Assembly (NCBI GenBank): GCA_965205975.1 | Contig: OZ242195.1 | Location: forward strand, 1,376,001 to 1,440,000 | Reading direction: 5' to 3' | DNA from: Candidatus Latescibacterota bacterium | Lineage (GTDB): Bacteria; Latescibacterota; UBA2968 | Length of the DNA: 64,000 nucleotides | Notes under the pieces: model-generated | Seen by the model: only the letters and a program-made list of their open reading frames with translations | Database searches by the model: none | What the model was told of the DNA's origin: nothing | Shown: positions 27,182 through 36,708 of the stretch, piece after piece | How the letters are laid out: each line of letters opens with the position of its first letter | Numbering within the stretch: the stretch's first letter is position 1 | Program-made: the position numbers and the translations under genes

Positions 27182-29911
27182 CTAAAAGCCGAAGTTGTAT
27201 TTGGCATACCAGAACGCGCCGCTAAAACCAAATGGGCTGTACTGGCTGTATAAATGGCCCGAACCGCTCCTTGCATGTGGATTGATGTCGGGATAGATAT
27301 CGAGGATGTTCTGACCGCCAACGGTTACCGTTGAGTGCTCGGCAACAGTGTAACTAACTTCGGCGTCCAGTATCCATTCGTCGCCATAAACGAAGTCATC
27401 TTCTTGATCGTACCACGAACTGTAATACCGGAGGCGCCCCAGTACCTCAAGCATATCGTTCAACGGTTGGATAACCGTCAGATTCCCGCGGTGTTTGGGC
27501 AGAGCCTCTTGTATTTCCCGAACCCTTTGAGCACCCAGGGTTTCCAGATTGTGTCTGGTCACTTCGGTATTCGTCAAGTTATACGCCAGACTCAGTTGAC
27601 CGTCACACCACACCGGAGCCGTGAGCACGACGTCAATACCCTGGGTTTTGGTGTCAAAATCATTGACAAAAAATTTGAAATTTGTGATAAAATTCGCAGC
27701 CGTGATACCCGCCTGGAGCAGATCATCGACCTCCGCTGGGGTCAGGGAGAAATTTTGCGAGAGCGTCAAACGCCCCTTTACCAGGATGTGGAAATAGTCA
27801 ACTGTGATATTGACAGGGGGAATACCGGTATCCACGGGAAAAACGGGAATTTCAAAAACAACGCCAGCCGAGATATTGGTCGATTTTTCGGGATCAAGTG
27901 CCTCACCACCCTTGGATTCTGCGACGGGATTGGTTGAAGGGATGGTGCCATCATTTGTCAAATCACCGATTGTGGGATCGAAGATCGTGGATACGTTAAA
28001 CGCATTTTGCTGCCCCGGCGTAGGTGCTCTGAAGCCCGTGCTAAAACTGCCGCGCACTTTCGTATTCTCGTTAAGCCCGTAATTGGTCGCCACTTTGAAG
28101 TTGGTCGTGGAACCAAAATCATCAAAATTTTCAAAGCGCAGTGCAGCACCGAGCAGCCAGTTCTCCTGCGGATTAAATTCGGCGTCTCCATAAATTGCCC
28201 AGTTGGAGCGGCTCCAGGTACCTGCGGCAATTTCACCAAACCCCGAGAACCCGTTGGACGCGACAGTAAATCCATACTCTGCCAGCGGACCTTTGATCCA
28301 TGATTCGGTTTGCCCTTGCACGATTTCAAAATTTTCTGTGCGGTATTCAAGACCGGCGGCAAAGAAAAACTGCTCGCTAAACGGATAGGTGATATCGAAG
28401 TTGAAATTGGTATCTGTCTGGATATAGGTTCCAGGATCAAAATACGGTGCATCTTCGTGACTGGGATCAACTGTTGGTCCATTGGGCCAGGGTTGGTTGG
28501 GACCCAAAGAGGCATTTACTGTATTGAAGATGAAGTAATCGGCTTCGTTGCGCCCATAAGACGCGCTGAGATCCCAGGTCATCAGCCCTTGCGATCCCTT
28601 GATACCCGCCAGAAAGGCGCGATCATCCATAAACGCGCCAAATCGGGGCGTGAAGCCACCGGGAAAGAGTTCCTGGAATGTGAACCAATCGGGATTGTCG
28701 AAAACGCGTTGTAAGGCTGCTGCATCCGGCACATGGCAAACGATGGGCACGATGAACGCCTGGGGAATTCTAAGACCAGTATCTTCGGACTCTTCGAGAA
28801 CTTGGCTCAAATTACCTACGAGCAATGTCGCTGTCGAAGTTCCGTTTACGCCATCCACAATACCGAGTTCAGCAGCTTTGCCCGGATCATAATAGGTGGT
28901 GCCGTCGAACATCAATACGTCTCCCCTGAATACGCCACCTCGCGTATTGGGATTTCTGAAGTAGAAGCCGCCTTCGACTTCCTTGCTCGCATAGTTCCCA
29001 TGTCCGTATAATTTGACATTGTCGTTGATGTTAACACCGTAGTTGACAAAAAATTTCAGGTCGTCTCTAATGTAGGGTTGTCCCCAAATTTGTGCGGGAT
29101 CTTCCACGCGGTTATTGCCCACGCGGATCAAACGCGCGGCATCGTCGCGTTGCACGGAACGGTCGGTTTCATCCTCATTGCCATATTCCGCGCTGAGGTT
29201 GACCCAAGCATCTGGCGTGCCCAGACCGATATTGCCGGCAAAAGCATAACCGAAACCATCGCCTTCCTGAAAAATACCTGGTTTGATCTCAAAAGAACCG
29301 CCTTCGTAATTGTCTTTAAGCTCAAAATTCAACACGCCAGCAATGGCGTCAGAGCCGTACTGCGCAGACGCGCCATCACGCAGGACTTCCACGCGCTTGA
29401 TGGCAATAGAGGGGATAGGCGCTATGTCTGGCCCCTGTGCGCCGTCGGCGACACCACTGGTTATCCAGTGAATGACAGCAGCGCGGTGGCGTCGCTTACC
29501 ATTGATGAGGACCAGCGTGTGATCGGGTGCCAAACCCCGCATGCTGGGCGGACGCACGACGGTTGAGGCATCGCTAATCGGGTTTGTATTCACATTGTAA
29601 GAGGGCACCATATCTCGCAAAAGATTTTGTACATCTGTATCGCCTTGCTTGACAAAATCTTCGCCGGTAACGACATCGATGGGCACTGCGGATTCCGCTA
29701 CAGAACGCGGTTGTGCGCGTGAACCGATAACCACCAATTCTTCGAGTATGACCACTTCTTCGAGTATGTCAGTGAGTGGGGGTAAGGTAGCGGTTGTATC
29801 CGCAGTTTCTGTACGCGGCTTTTCCTCTTCCTGTGATACGGCAGTGCCACTCATTGCAAGCAGAGCAGCGATGCCAAGGGCGAGGCACTTAAAATGCTTC
29901 TTGGATTCCAT
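27182..29911 (-). CDS. TonB-dependent receptor, paralog of 24344-27010
   Basis: Same plug and barrel motifs; extensive visible similarity to the neighbour; C-terminal Phe. Confidence 0.93.
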   Translation of the reverse strand: MESKKHFKCLALGIAALLAMSGTAVSQEEEKPRTETADTTATLPPLTDILEEVVILEELVVIGSRAQPRSVAESAVPIDVVTGEDFVKQGDTDVQNLLRDMVPSYNVNTNPISDASTVVRPPSMRGLAPDHTLVLINGKRRHRAAVIHWITSGVADGAQGPDIAPIPSIAIKRVEVLRDGASAQYGSDAIAGVLNFELKDNYEGGSFEIKPGIFQEGDGFGYAFAGNIGLGTPDAWVNLSAEYGNEDETDRSVQRDDAARLIRVGNNRVEDPAQIWGQPYIRDDLKFFVNYGVNINDNVKLYGHGNYASKEVEGGFYFRNPNTRGGVFRGDVLMFDGTTYYDPGKAAELGIVDGVNGTSTATLLVGNLSQVLEESEDTGLRIPQAFIVPIVCHVPDAAALQRVFDNPDWFTFQELFPGGFTPRFGAFMDDRAFLAGIKGSQGLMTWDLSASYGRNEADYFIFNTVNASLGPNQPWPNGPTVDPSHEDAPYFDPGTYIQTDTNFNFDITYPFSEQFFFAAGLEYRTENFEIVQGQTESWIKGPLAEYGFTVASNGFSGFGEIAAGTWSRSNWAIYGDAEFNPQENWLLGAALRFENFDDFGSTTNFKVATNYGLNENTKVRGSFSTGFRAPTPGQQNAFNVSTIFDPTIGDLTNDGTIPSTNPVAESKGGEALDPEKSTNISAGVVFEIPVFPVDTGIPPVNITVDYFHILVKGRLTLSQNFSLTPAEVDDLLQAGITAANFITNFKFFVNDFDTKTQGIDVVLTAPVWCDGQLSLAYNLTNTEVTRHNLETLGAQRVREIQEALPKHRGNLTVIQPLNDMLEVLGRLRYYSSWYDQEDDFVYGDEWILDAEVSYTVAEHSTVTVGGQNILDIYPDINPHARSGSGHLYSQYSPFGFSGAFWYAKYNFGF

Positions 29912-30160
29912 AAAAAAACTCCTTTGAGAAGACGGAGGAGAGATGTGGGTTTTGGAACATGAGGGAGAGACGAGGTCCTTACATCTTAAGAAATTTTCTA
30001 TAATTTAACTTTATATATATCAGGCGTCAACCCCTAATTGCTTAGGCAAATGTAAAAGTATGTATATGCCAATTTGCAATTAAGGGTATCTTTATATATA
30101 TTTTTTCCTTTCATGTGTGAGATAAAAGACCCGTCAGATTCAATTGAAGGAGGTTGCGTT

Positions 30161-30322
30161 TTGAAGTCCAGTTACGTAAATAAAGATCTCGAGGAAACCA
30201 GACGCCTACTTACGCAGGTGAGGCGGGGTGGCAAGCGGAGCAAAAAAGCGCGTAAGAAATTGGAAGCCAAAGGCATCAGATATTACACATCTGAAGAAGC
30301 CGAGAGCCTCGGTATTGAATAA
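30161..30322 (+). CDS. Small basic hypothetical protein (53 aa)
   Basis: Strong SD AGGAGG before TTG 30161; K/R-rich; followed by a hairpin. Confidence 0.55.
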   Translation: MKSSYVNKDLEETRRLLTQVRRGGKRSKKARKKLEAKGIRYYTSEEAESLGIE

Positions 30323-30353
30323 AAAAGAAAGGCGTGCGAAAGCGGCCTTTTTT
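30323..30353 (+). terminator. Terminator-like hairpin
   Basis: AAAGGC...GCCTTT stem with a T tract, overlapping the region where the mobA SD would lie. Confidence 0.5.
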
Positions 30354-30356
30354 GCT

Positions 30357-30962
30357 ATGAATGACGCGGGAATCATCCTTACAGGCGGCGAAAGCAGGCG
30401 AATGGGTCGGCCCAAGTACAGCTTGTCCTTTGGCGATGAAACCCTGCTTCAGCGAAGTGTAAGAAATCTGAGAGGATCTGTTTGTCCAATTGTGATCGTG
30501 AGTACACCCGGACAAAACTTGCCCGCCATACCCCATGTTTTGTCTATATGTGACCCCGTTGCCGGGCAAGGACCGTTAATGGGGCTGATGACAGGGTTAA
30601 AGCATGTCGAAGGCATTTCTGAATGGGCATTGGGAACGGGTTGCGACATGCCGTTCATCAGTACTGAATTGATCCAATGCCTCAAATCGCACAGGACAAT
30701 AGAGGCAGAGATCGTCATTCCTCGGATAGATGGGCAGTTTTATCCTTTGTGCGCGCTTTATCGAACGGCTCTCTGGCGAAAAGCCAAATTTCTACTCGAA
30801 AAAGGAGAACGGCGGCTTTTGGCATTGGTCGATGTATGCCGCGCCCAAACCCTTGCACAAGACGCACTCGCGCAGATTGATCCCGATCTCCGATTTTTGA
30901 TGAATATCAATACGCCTCAAGATTATCAGAGTGCTCTTGAATTGGTCGGTTTGCAGCGGTGA
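30357..30962 (+). CDS. mobA: Molybdenum cofactor guanylyltransferase (MobA-like NTP transferase)
   Basis: GIILTGGESRRMGRPK, GPLMGL, CDMPFI, PLCALY, NINTPQD. Confidence 0.88.
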   Translation: MNDAGIILTGGESRRMGRPKYSLSFGDETLLQRSVRNLRGSVCPIVIVSTPGQNLPAIPHVLSICDPVAGQGPLMGLMTGLKHVEGISEWALGTGCDMPFISTELIQCLKSHRTIEAEIVIPRIDGQFYPLCALYRTALWRKAKFLLEKGERRLLALVDVCRAQTLAQDALAQIDPDLRFLMNINTPQDYQSALELVGLQR

Positions 30963-31049
30963 AATTGGACAGATGTATCTATCCACTGTTGACGATATTC
31001 TTTTTTCACATATATTGCTCCATTTACTTATCACCAAGGAGGTATCGCG

Positions 31050-31352
31050 ATGGCTATTGAAGACAAAACCATGCTGACTGAAGATGAGATTCGCGCAGAG
31101 GTTGCCGATCTCGAAGGATGGGAATATTTGGAAGACACAAAAGAATTGCAGCGCGTTTGGCATTTTGAAAAATTTGTGCCAACTATGGCTTTTGTGCGCA
31201 GGCTGACAGAGATTATGGATGAAAATAATCACCATTCGGATATCAGCCTCAACAGCCGAACAAAAACGCTCACAGTCACGGTGACGACCCACAGTGAAAA
31301 TGCCGTCACCCGTGCAGATATCGATTTTGCAGGCGCAGTAAATCGAGGGTGA
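31050..31352 (+). CDS. Pterin-4-alpha-carbinolamine dehydratase
   Basis: 100 aa; NHHSDI, TTHS...VTRADIDFA pattern; SD AAGGAGG. Confidence 0.85.
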   Translation: MAIEDKTMLTEDEIRAEVADLEGWEYLEDTKELQRVWHFEKFVPTMAFVRRLTEIMDENNHHSDISLNSRTKTLTVTVTTHSENAVTRADIDFAGAVNRG

Positions 31353-31370
31353 AAAATCATTGGAGGTGGG

Positions 31371-32723
31371 ATGAAGGTGAATCTCAATATTCAGCCTGGC
31401 GACCTGAAAGTCAGGCTGAATCGTTTTTTTGAACTGGCCGCACAGAAAATTCGCAATATCGATTCGACGTGGGACCCCGGCCGGGGAACGCCGGTATTTA
31501 CAGAAGGTGGCAAATACACCACGCGCGGATGGACCGAGTGGACGCAGGGATTTCAATTTGGATGCGCCATTTTGGGATATGAAATCACGGGAGAGAAAGA
31601 TTTATTGCGGATTGGGCGCGAGGGCACGGTCGAGCGAATGGCGTCTCATGTAACGCATATTGGCGTACATGATCACGGGTTTAACAATGTATCGACCTAT
31701 GGCAATTTGAGACGGTTGATGCGAGAAGGTATGATTCCAGAAAACGAATGGGAGCAGCACTTTTACGAACTGGCACTCAAATCATCTGGCGCTGTTCAGG
31801 CTGCTCGCTGGACGACCATTGGTGATGGGAAAGGGTATATTCATTCATTTAATGGACCGCATTCCCTGTTTTCAGATACCATCAGGTCGGGTCGCGCACT
31901 GGCTGTAGCACACGACCTCGGTCACGTTTTGATGGGGGAGAATGACCTCGCAATTTCGCTGCTCGAGCGCTTGATTCACCACGCCGAGACGACCGCGCAG
32001 TTTAATGTGTATTACGGTGAGGGGCGCGATCGATACGATGTGCGAGGGCGGGTTGTACACGAGTCCATTTTTAATGTTACTGACGGCAATTACCGCTGCC
32101 CGAGTACACAGCAGGGGTATTCACCGTTTTCGACATGGACCCGGGGGTTGGCCTGGATTGTGACTGGCTATGCAGAACTACTCGAATATGTGGCGCACTT
32201 GTCGGATGACGCACTTGATCTTTATGGCGGTAGGGATGCGGTTAATGGCTGGATGCTCAAGGCGGCCTGTGCAACGGCAGATTATTATATCGATAGTATC
32301 ACTTCTGCCGATGGCATTCCATTTTGGGATGCAGGCGCGCCGGGCTTGGTTGAAGGCTATGGGGATAAAATATCAGATCCTTACAATAACTGTGAGCCCG
32401 TGGATAGTTCTGCAGCTGCCATTGCCGCGCAAGGGCTTTACCGTTTGGGCAAATATCTGGACGATGCGCGTTATCGGCAGGCTGCATTAACCGTTGCTCA
32501 TACGCTATTTGATGCGCCCTATTTGTCCCAGGATGAAGAACACCAGGGTCTTATTCTGCATTCTATTTATCACAATCCCAATGGGTGGGACTATGTGCCG
32601 AGTGGACAAAAAGTCGCATGCGGCGAGTCTTCTATGTGGGGAGATTACCACGCGATGGAATTGGCGGTTTTGCTCCAGCGAGAGATGGAGAACGCGTCAT
32701 ATCTGACTTTTTTTGATCAATAG
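31371..32723 (+). CDS. Glycoside hydrolase family 88-like (unsaturated glucuronyl hydrolase)
   Basis: WTQGF, HDHGF, TQQGY...STWTRGLAW, IPFWD, DSSAAAIAA, WGDY. Confidence 0.8.
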   Translation: MKVNLNIQPGDLKVRLNRFFELAAQKIRNIDSTWDPGRGTPVFTEGGKYTTRGWTEWTQGFQFGCAILGYEITGEKDLLRIGREGTVERMASHVTHIGVHDHGFNNVSTYGNLRRLMREGMIPENEWEQHFYELALKSSGAVQAARWTTIGDGKGYIHSFNGPHSLFSDTIRSGRALAVAHDLGHVLMGENDLAISLLERLIHHAETTAQFNVYYGEGRDRYDVRGRVVHESIFNVTDGNYRCPSTQQGYSPFSTWTRGLAWIVTGYAELLEYVAHLSDDALDLYGGRDAVNGWMLKAACATADYYIDSITSADGIPFWDAGAPGLVEGYGDKISDPYNNCEPVDSSAAAIAAQGLYRLGKYLDDARYRQAALTVAHTLFDAPYLSQDEEHQGLILHSIYHNPNGWDYVPSGQKVACGESSMWGDYHAMELAVLLQREMENASYLTFFDQ

Positions 32724-32736
32724 GAGTAGGGGGAGA

Positions 32737-33537
32737 ATGTGGCGAATATTAAATAAAAGAACTTCAGCATATACATGGATAATCGGCCTTTTTTTTGTTG
32801 GCTTCACGTCTCAAAGTGAAGCCGATTCCTTCGATTATGCACCGCTTAACCGCGTGCTCGGCCGGGTTGTAAATGCACAGGGACGTGTGGATTACGAGGC
32901 CGCAAAAACAGATGCGGATCTGCAGGCTTTTGTAGATCAACTCGCACGGATCAGTCCGGATACGCATCCCGAACTTTTTCCCGGCCGCGCAGATAGTCTC
33001 GCCTTTTGGATCAACGCGTACAATGCCTGTGTACTTGCAGGGGTCGCAAAAGCCTATCCCATTTCTTCTGTCACTGAAATCGCGCCTGCTTTTGGCTTTT
33101 TTAAGAAATATCTGTTTGTCGTTGGCGGGCGTCGGTTCACATTGGATCACATCGAGCACGAGATTATTCGCAAGCAGTTTGCCGATCCGCGCATTCACGC
33201 AGCAATCAATTGTGCGGCGGTGAGTTGTCCGCGTTTGCTAAATAAAGCATTTACGCCCGATGAATTGGATGATCAGCTCAATTCGGTTATGCGAGACATG
33301 ATTCGCAACCCCATGCACGTTCAGATTAACCGGGAGACAGGAGTTGTGAGTCTATCTGCAATTTTTGATTGGTTTGCCTCGGATTTCACATCCTATGTGC
33401 AAGCGCGTGAGGTCGGCGAGACGGTGTTGGATTATGTCTCTCTGTTTTTATCGAAAAACGATATCCAGTATTTGCAAAATCACCCCGATCTTCAAATTGT
33501 ATTTTTAGATTACGATTGGTCTCTGAATAACCAGTAA
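32737..33537 (+). CDS. DUF547 domain-containing exported protein
   Basis: Signal peptide, GRVDY, AFWINAYNA, TLDHIEHEIIR, DPRIHAAINCAAVSCP, IFDWFASDF, YDWSLN. Confidence 0.9.
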   Translation: MWRILNKRTSAYTWIIGLFFVGFTSQSEADSFDYAPLNRVLGRVVNAQGRVDYEAAKTDADLQAFVDQLARISPDTHPELFPGRADSLAFWINAYNACVLAGVAKAYPISSVTEIAPAFGFFKKYLFVVGGRRFTLDHIEHEIIRKQFADPRIHAAINCAAVSCPRLLNKAFTPDELDDQLNSVMRDMIRNPMHVQINRETGVVSLSAIFDWFASDFTSYVQAREVGETVLDYVSLFLSKNDIQYLQNHPDLQIVFLDYDWSLNNQ

Positions 33538-33539
33538 AA

Positions 33540-35228
33540 ATGAGTATCTCAAATATGCAAATGTCTTTGGGCGCATACCAGTCCGCCGTTGATCGCGCTT
33601 TGAAAATGTGGTCAGAAAATGGCAATACAGGACGGCTGTGGCGCGGCGATGCCACACTCTGGTCGGGGGCTGATGAGGCCAACTGGTTGGGATGGCTCAA
33701 TATCGCGCCTCAAATACGCGATCAGGTGGATGACCTGTGCGCTTTTGCACAGCAGGTACGCGATAGAGGGATAACGGATATTCTGCTTTTGGGCATGGGC
33801 GGTAGCAGTTTGTGCCCCGAAGTGCTGGCGATGACTTTTGGCTGTCGGGAGGATTGGCCCAGGTTGCATGTGCTGGATTCTACTATTCCCGCGCAGGTAC
33901 AGCGGTTTGCCGATGCCGTAAATTTAGAAACGACCCTTTGCGTTGTCGCCAGCAAATCTGGAACGACAACCGAACCCCACGCATTTTGCGAGTTCTTCTG
34001 GGCAAAAATGCAGGGAACCATTGGCGATACAGCGGGTCAGCATTTTATAGCTATTACAGATCCGGGTTCTGATCTGGAAACGCTTGCCAGAGAGCGGGGC
34101 TTTCTATCTGTTTTTTATGGTTTGCCAGAGATCGGCGGTAGATTTTCAGCACTCTCAAACTTTGGGATGGTGCCCGCGGCATTGATCGGCATTGATGTGC
34201 GGGAATTTTTACAACGCGCAATAGCGATGGGCGAGCAGTGCAAAATATCAGATGACCAGAATCCCGGTCTTTTTCTGGGCCTTGTGTTGGGGACGTTGGC
34301 AAAAGCCGGGCGAGATAAAGTGACGCTTGTAACTTCTCCCAAATTGTGGGATTTGGGGGCGTGGTTGGAGCAACTATTAGCCGAAAGCACTGGGAAAAAT
34401 GGCCGGGGTCTCATACCTGTTGATTTAGAGGAGATTGCGGCGCCCGATTTGTACGGCGAGGATCGGGTGTTCGTCTATATCCGACTGAAGGACGATGCGA
34501 ATGCTGAACGGGATGCAGGTATAGAAAATCTGCGAGCGGCTAATTTCCCAGTTATTCAGATCGATGTGTTAGAACTGTTAGACCTGGGAGCAGAATTTTT
34601 CCGGTGGGAATACGCTACCGCGGTCGCTGGCGCTGTTTTGAATATCAATCCCTTTGACCAACCCAATGTGCAGGAGAGCAAAAATTTTACGGCGGAATTG
34701 ACACAGGCTTATGAAAAAGAGGGCACATTACCCATTCAAAAGCCGTTTTTTATTAATGATGGCGTCGCGGTTTACGCCGATTTAGCCAATGCACAGGCGT
34801 TGGGAACACTCAATAGTTGTATTGCTGGGCTACTCAATCAGATTCGAGCAGGCGATTATGTCGCACTGTGTGCTTATGTCGATATGAATGAAGAGAATAT
34901 CACCGCTTTACAGGCTCTGAGGCATCGAATACGCAATGTATATCTGGTGGCTACTACATTGGGGTTTGGTCCGCGGTTTTTGCATTCTACGGGACAGTTG
35001 CACAAGGGAGGACCAAATAATGTGGTGGTTGTGCAACTGACAAGCGACGATGTGACAGATGTAGATATTCCGGGACGAGCGTTCTCTTTTGGCGTGCTCA
35101 AGCAAGCACAGGCGCTGGGCGATGCCCGTGCGCTTTCGAGTCGAAAGAGACGGGCGATTCGCATTCATTTTAAAAAAGATGTAATTGCTGGCATACATCG
35201 GGTGAAGCAAGCGGTTAGAGAGGATTGA
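33540..35228 (+). CDS. pgi: Glucose-6-phosphate isomerase (similar to the PGI half of Tal/Pgi fusions)
   Basis: GMGGSSL, SKSGTTTE, IGGRFSALS, EQLLAESTGK, NPFDQPNVQESK, GPRFLHSTGQLHKGG. Confidence 0.88.
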   Translation: MSISNMQMSLGAYQSAVDRALKMWSENGNTGRLWRGDATLWSGADEANWLGWLNIAPQIRDQVDDLCAFAQQVRDRGITDILLLGMGGSSLCPEVLAMTFGCREDWPRLHVLDSTIPAQVQRFADAVNLETTLCVVASKSGTTTEPHAFCEFFWAKMQGTIGDTAGQHFIAITDPGSDLETLARERGFLSVFYGLPEIGGRFSALSNFGMVPAALIGIDVREFLQRAIAMGEQCKISDDQNPGLFLGLVLGTLAKAGRDKVTLVTSPKLWDLGAWLEQLLAESTGKNGRGLIPVDLEEIAAPDLYGEDRVFVYIRLKDDANAERDAGIENLRAANFPVIQIDVLELLDLGAEFFRWEYATAVAGAVLNINPFDQPNVQESKNFTAELTQAYEKEGTLPIQKPFFINDGVAVYADLANAQALGTLNSCIAGLLNQIRAGDYVALCAYVDMNEENITALQALRHRIRNVYLVATTLGFGPRFLHSTGQLHKGGPNNVVVVQLTSDDVTDVDIPGRAFSFGVLKQAQALGDARALSSRKRRAIRIHFKKDVIAGIHRVKQAVRED

Positions 35229-35230
35229 AT

Positions 35231-36229
35231 ATGGCACTGGCAGCAATGGATTTGATGCAAATTGTGGGCGACGATCACAAGACCGATTTTGCGAGCAAAC
35301 TTCGCGATGAACAATTGGAACTCACGCGCAACCGATTGGATATTTTGCAGGTCAATGTCGGCAAGTTGTGCAATCAAGCCTGTCACCACTGCCATGTGGA
35401 TGCCAGCCCGATCCGCACAGAGATCATGACCCGAGAGACGATTGACCATATTCTATTATTTTTGGAAACATCCAATATCCAGACGGTTGACATAACGGGT
35501 GGCGCACCTGAGTTAATTCCAGATTTTCGCTATTTTGTCGAACAAATACGCGAGCGGGACCGTCGCGTGATGGTGCGTTGCAATTTAACCGTGATCTTTG
35601 AACCCGGGCAAGAAGACTTACCTGAGTTTTATCGCGAACACGAAGTTGAATTGGTGTGTTCGCTGCCGTGTTATCTCGAAGAAAATGTGGATGAACAACG
35701 CGGGCGCGGTGTTTTTACAAAAAGCATACGGGCATTGCAGATTCTCAATGAAATTGGATATGCACAACCTGACACGGGATTGGAACTCCATCTGGTATAT
35801 AATCCCGTTGGCGCGTCTTTACCCCCTCCGCAGGCCGAACTCGAATCCGATTACAAAGAAGAGCTAAGAGCACGTTACAACATCGATTTTAATAAGCTCT
35901 ACACCATTGCCAATATGCCCATTAGCCGGTTTGAAGAATTTCTCAAACGCCGGGGCATTTACGACAGCTATATGCAGACTTTGCGGGATAATTTTAATCC
36001 GCATACGGTCGATAATTTGATGTGTCGTTCTCTAATTAGCGTTGGGTGGCAGGGCGAGGTTTACGATTGTGATTTTAACCAAATGCTCGATATGCATTCT
36101 TTTGGGCGCGAAGTCAAACTCTGGGAACTGACTTTTGAAGATCTGATCGGATGCGATGTGCGGGTGCGAGACCACTGCTTTGGATGCACTGCAGGTGCGG
36201 GAAGCAGTTGCGGGGGAGAGCTTGTTTAG
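35231..36229 (+). CDS. arsS: ArsS-like radical SAM protein (arsenosugar biosynthesis family, DUF3641 C-terminus)
   Basis: LQVNVGKLCNQACHHCHV, DITGGAPE, SLPCY, LVYNP, NMPISRF, LMCR, YDCDFNQML, HCFGCTAGAGSSCGG. Confidence 0.82.
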   Translation: MALAAMDLMQIVGDDHKTDFASKLRDEQLELTRNRLDILQVNVGKLCNQACHHCHVDASPIRTEIMTRETIDHILLFLETSNIQTVDITGGAPELIPDFRYFVEQIRERDRRVMVRCNLTVIFEPGQEDLPEFYREHEVELVCSLPCYLEENVDEQRGRGVFTKSIRALQILNEIGYAQPDTGLELHLVYNPVGASLPPPQAELESDYKEELRARYNIDFNKLYTIANMPISRFEEFLKRRGIYDSYMQTLRDNFNPHTVDNLMCRSLISVGWQGEVYDCDFNQMLDMHSFGREVKLWELTFEDLIGCDVRVRDHCFGCTAGAGSSCGGELV

Positions 36230-36283
36230 CCTTTAGCAAGACGGCAGGGTATTGTGCCTACAAAAATAGGACTTGCCCTCTCT

Positions 36284-36322
36284 AACGGGCAGTTTTTCGC
36301 CCGTTGGGACGAAAAACTGCCC
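36284..36322. promoter_or_regulatory. Paired palindromes, candidate enhancer-binding-protein sites (or terminator)
   Basis: AACGGGC-AGTTTTTC-GCCCGTT followed by GGACGAAAAACTGCCC, about 170-210 bp upstream of the sigma-54 motif. Confidence 0.45.
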
Positions 36323-36492
36323 TAAAAACATAAATACTTAATAATAAGTAACATACGAGCCAGACGAATGTATCTGGGGGCGATGTATTGTCTCTTGATA
36401 TAAAATTCAGTCTGGCTTTTGTTTTTTTATAATTATTTTATCCTTTTTAAAAATAATACTTTATGAGCATAATTTGAGCTAATAACCCAGAG

Positions 36493-36508
36493 TGGCACAT
36501 TTTTTGCT
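36493..36508 (+). promoter_or_regulatory. sigma-54 (-24/-12) promoter
   Basis: TGGCAC-ATTTT-TTGCT matches TGGCAC-N5-TTGCW with exact spacing; AT-rich tract upstream. Confidence 0.7.
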
Positions 36509-36708
36509 TATGTATTGTTTCAGCTAATCTGATCAATTGGTAATACCGCAATAACGCCAAGCGGTTTAAGTATTGATTTGCGAATCAAAGCATGTGTATG
36601 AAATGGAACAAGGATATATCCTGAAAAAATCTCTCGCTCGTTCCAAAGGGATGCGGGAAAACACATTCAGTATTACGAATGCACAATTCCATGAACATAA
36701 ATAACACA

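Noticed and set aside
24722..29566. Long + strand ORFs opposite the TonB receptors (e.g. 24722-25858); likewise 2038-2979 and 7114-7836 opposite other genes
   Set aside because: They lie antisense to well-supported genes and have no recognisable motifs.
29912..30160. Cobalamin/TPP riboswitch or Fur box upstream of the TonB receptors
   Set aside because: No B12 box, TPP core or convincing GATAATGATAATCATTATC-like site was seen.
36170..36229. Selenocysteine in the ArsS C-terminal motif
   Set aside because: The codons are TGC (SSCGG) and the ORF ends in TAG; there is no in-frame TGA.
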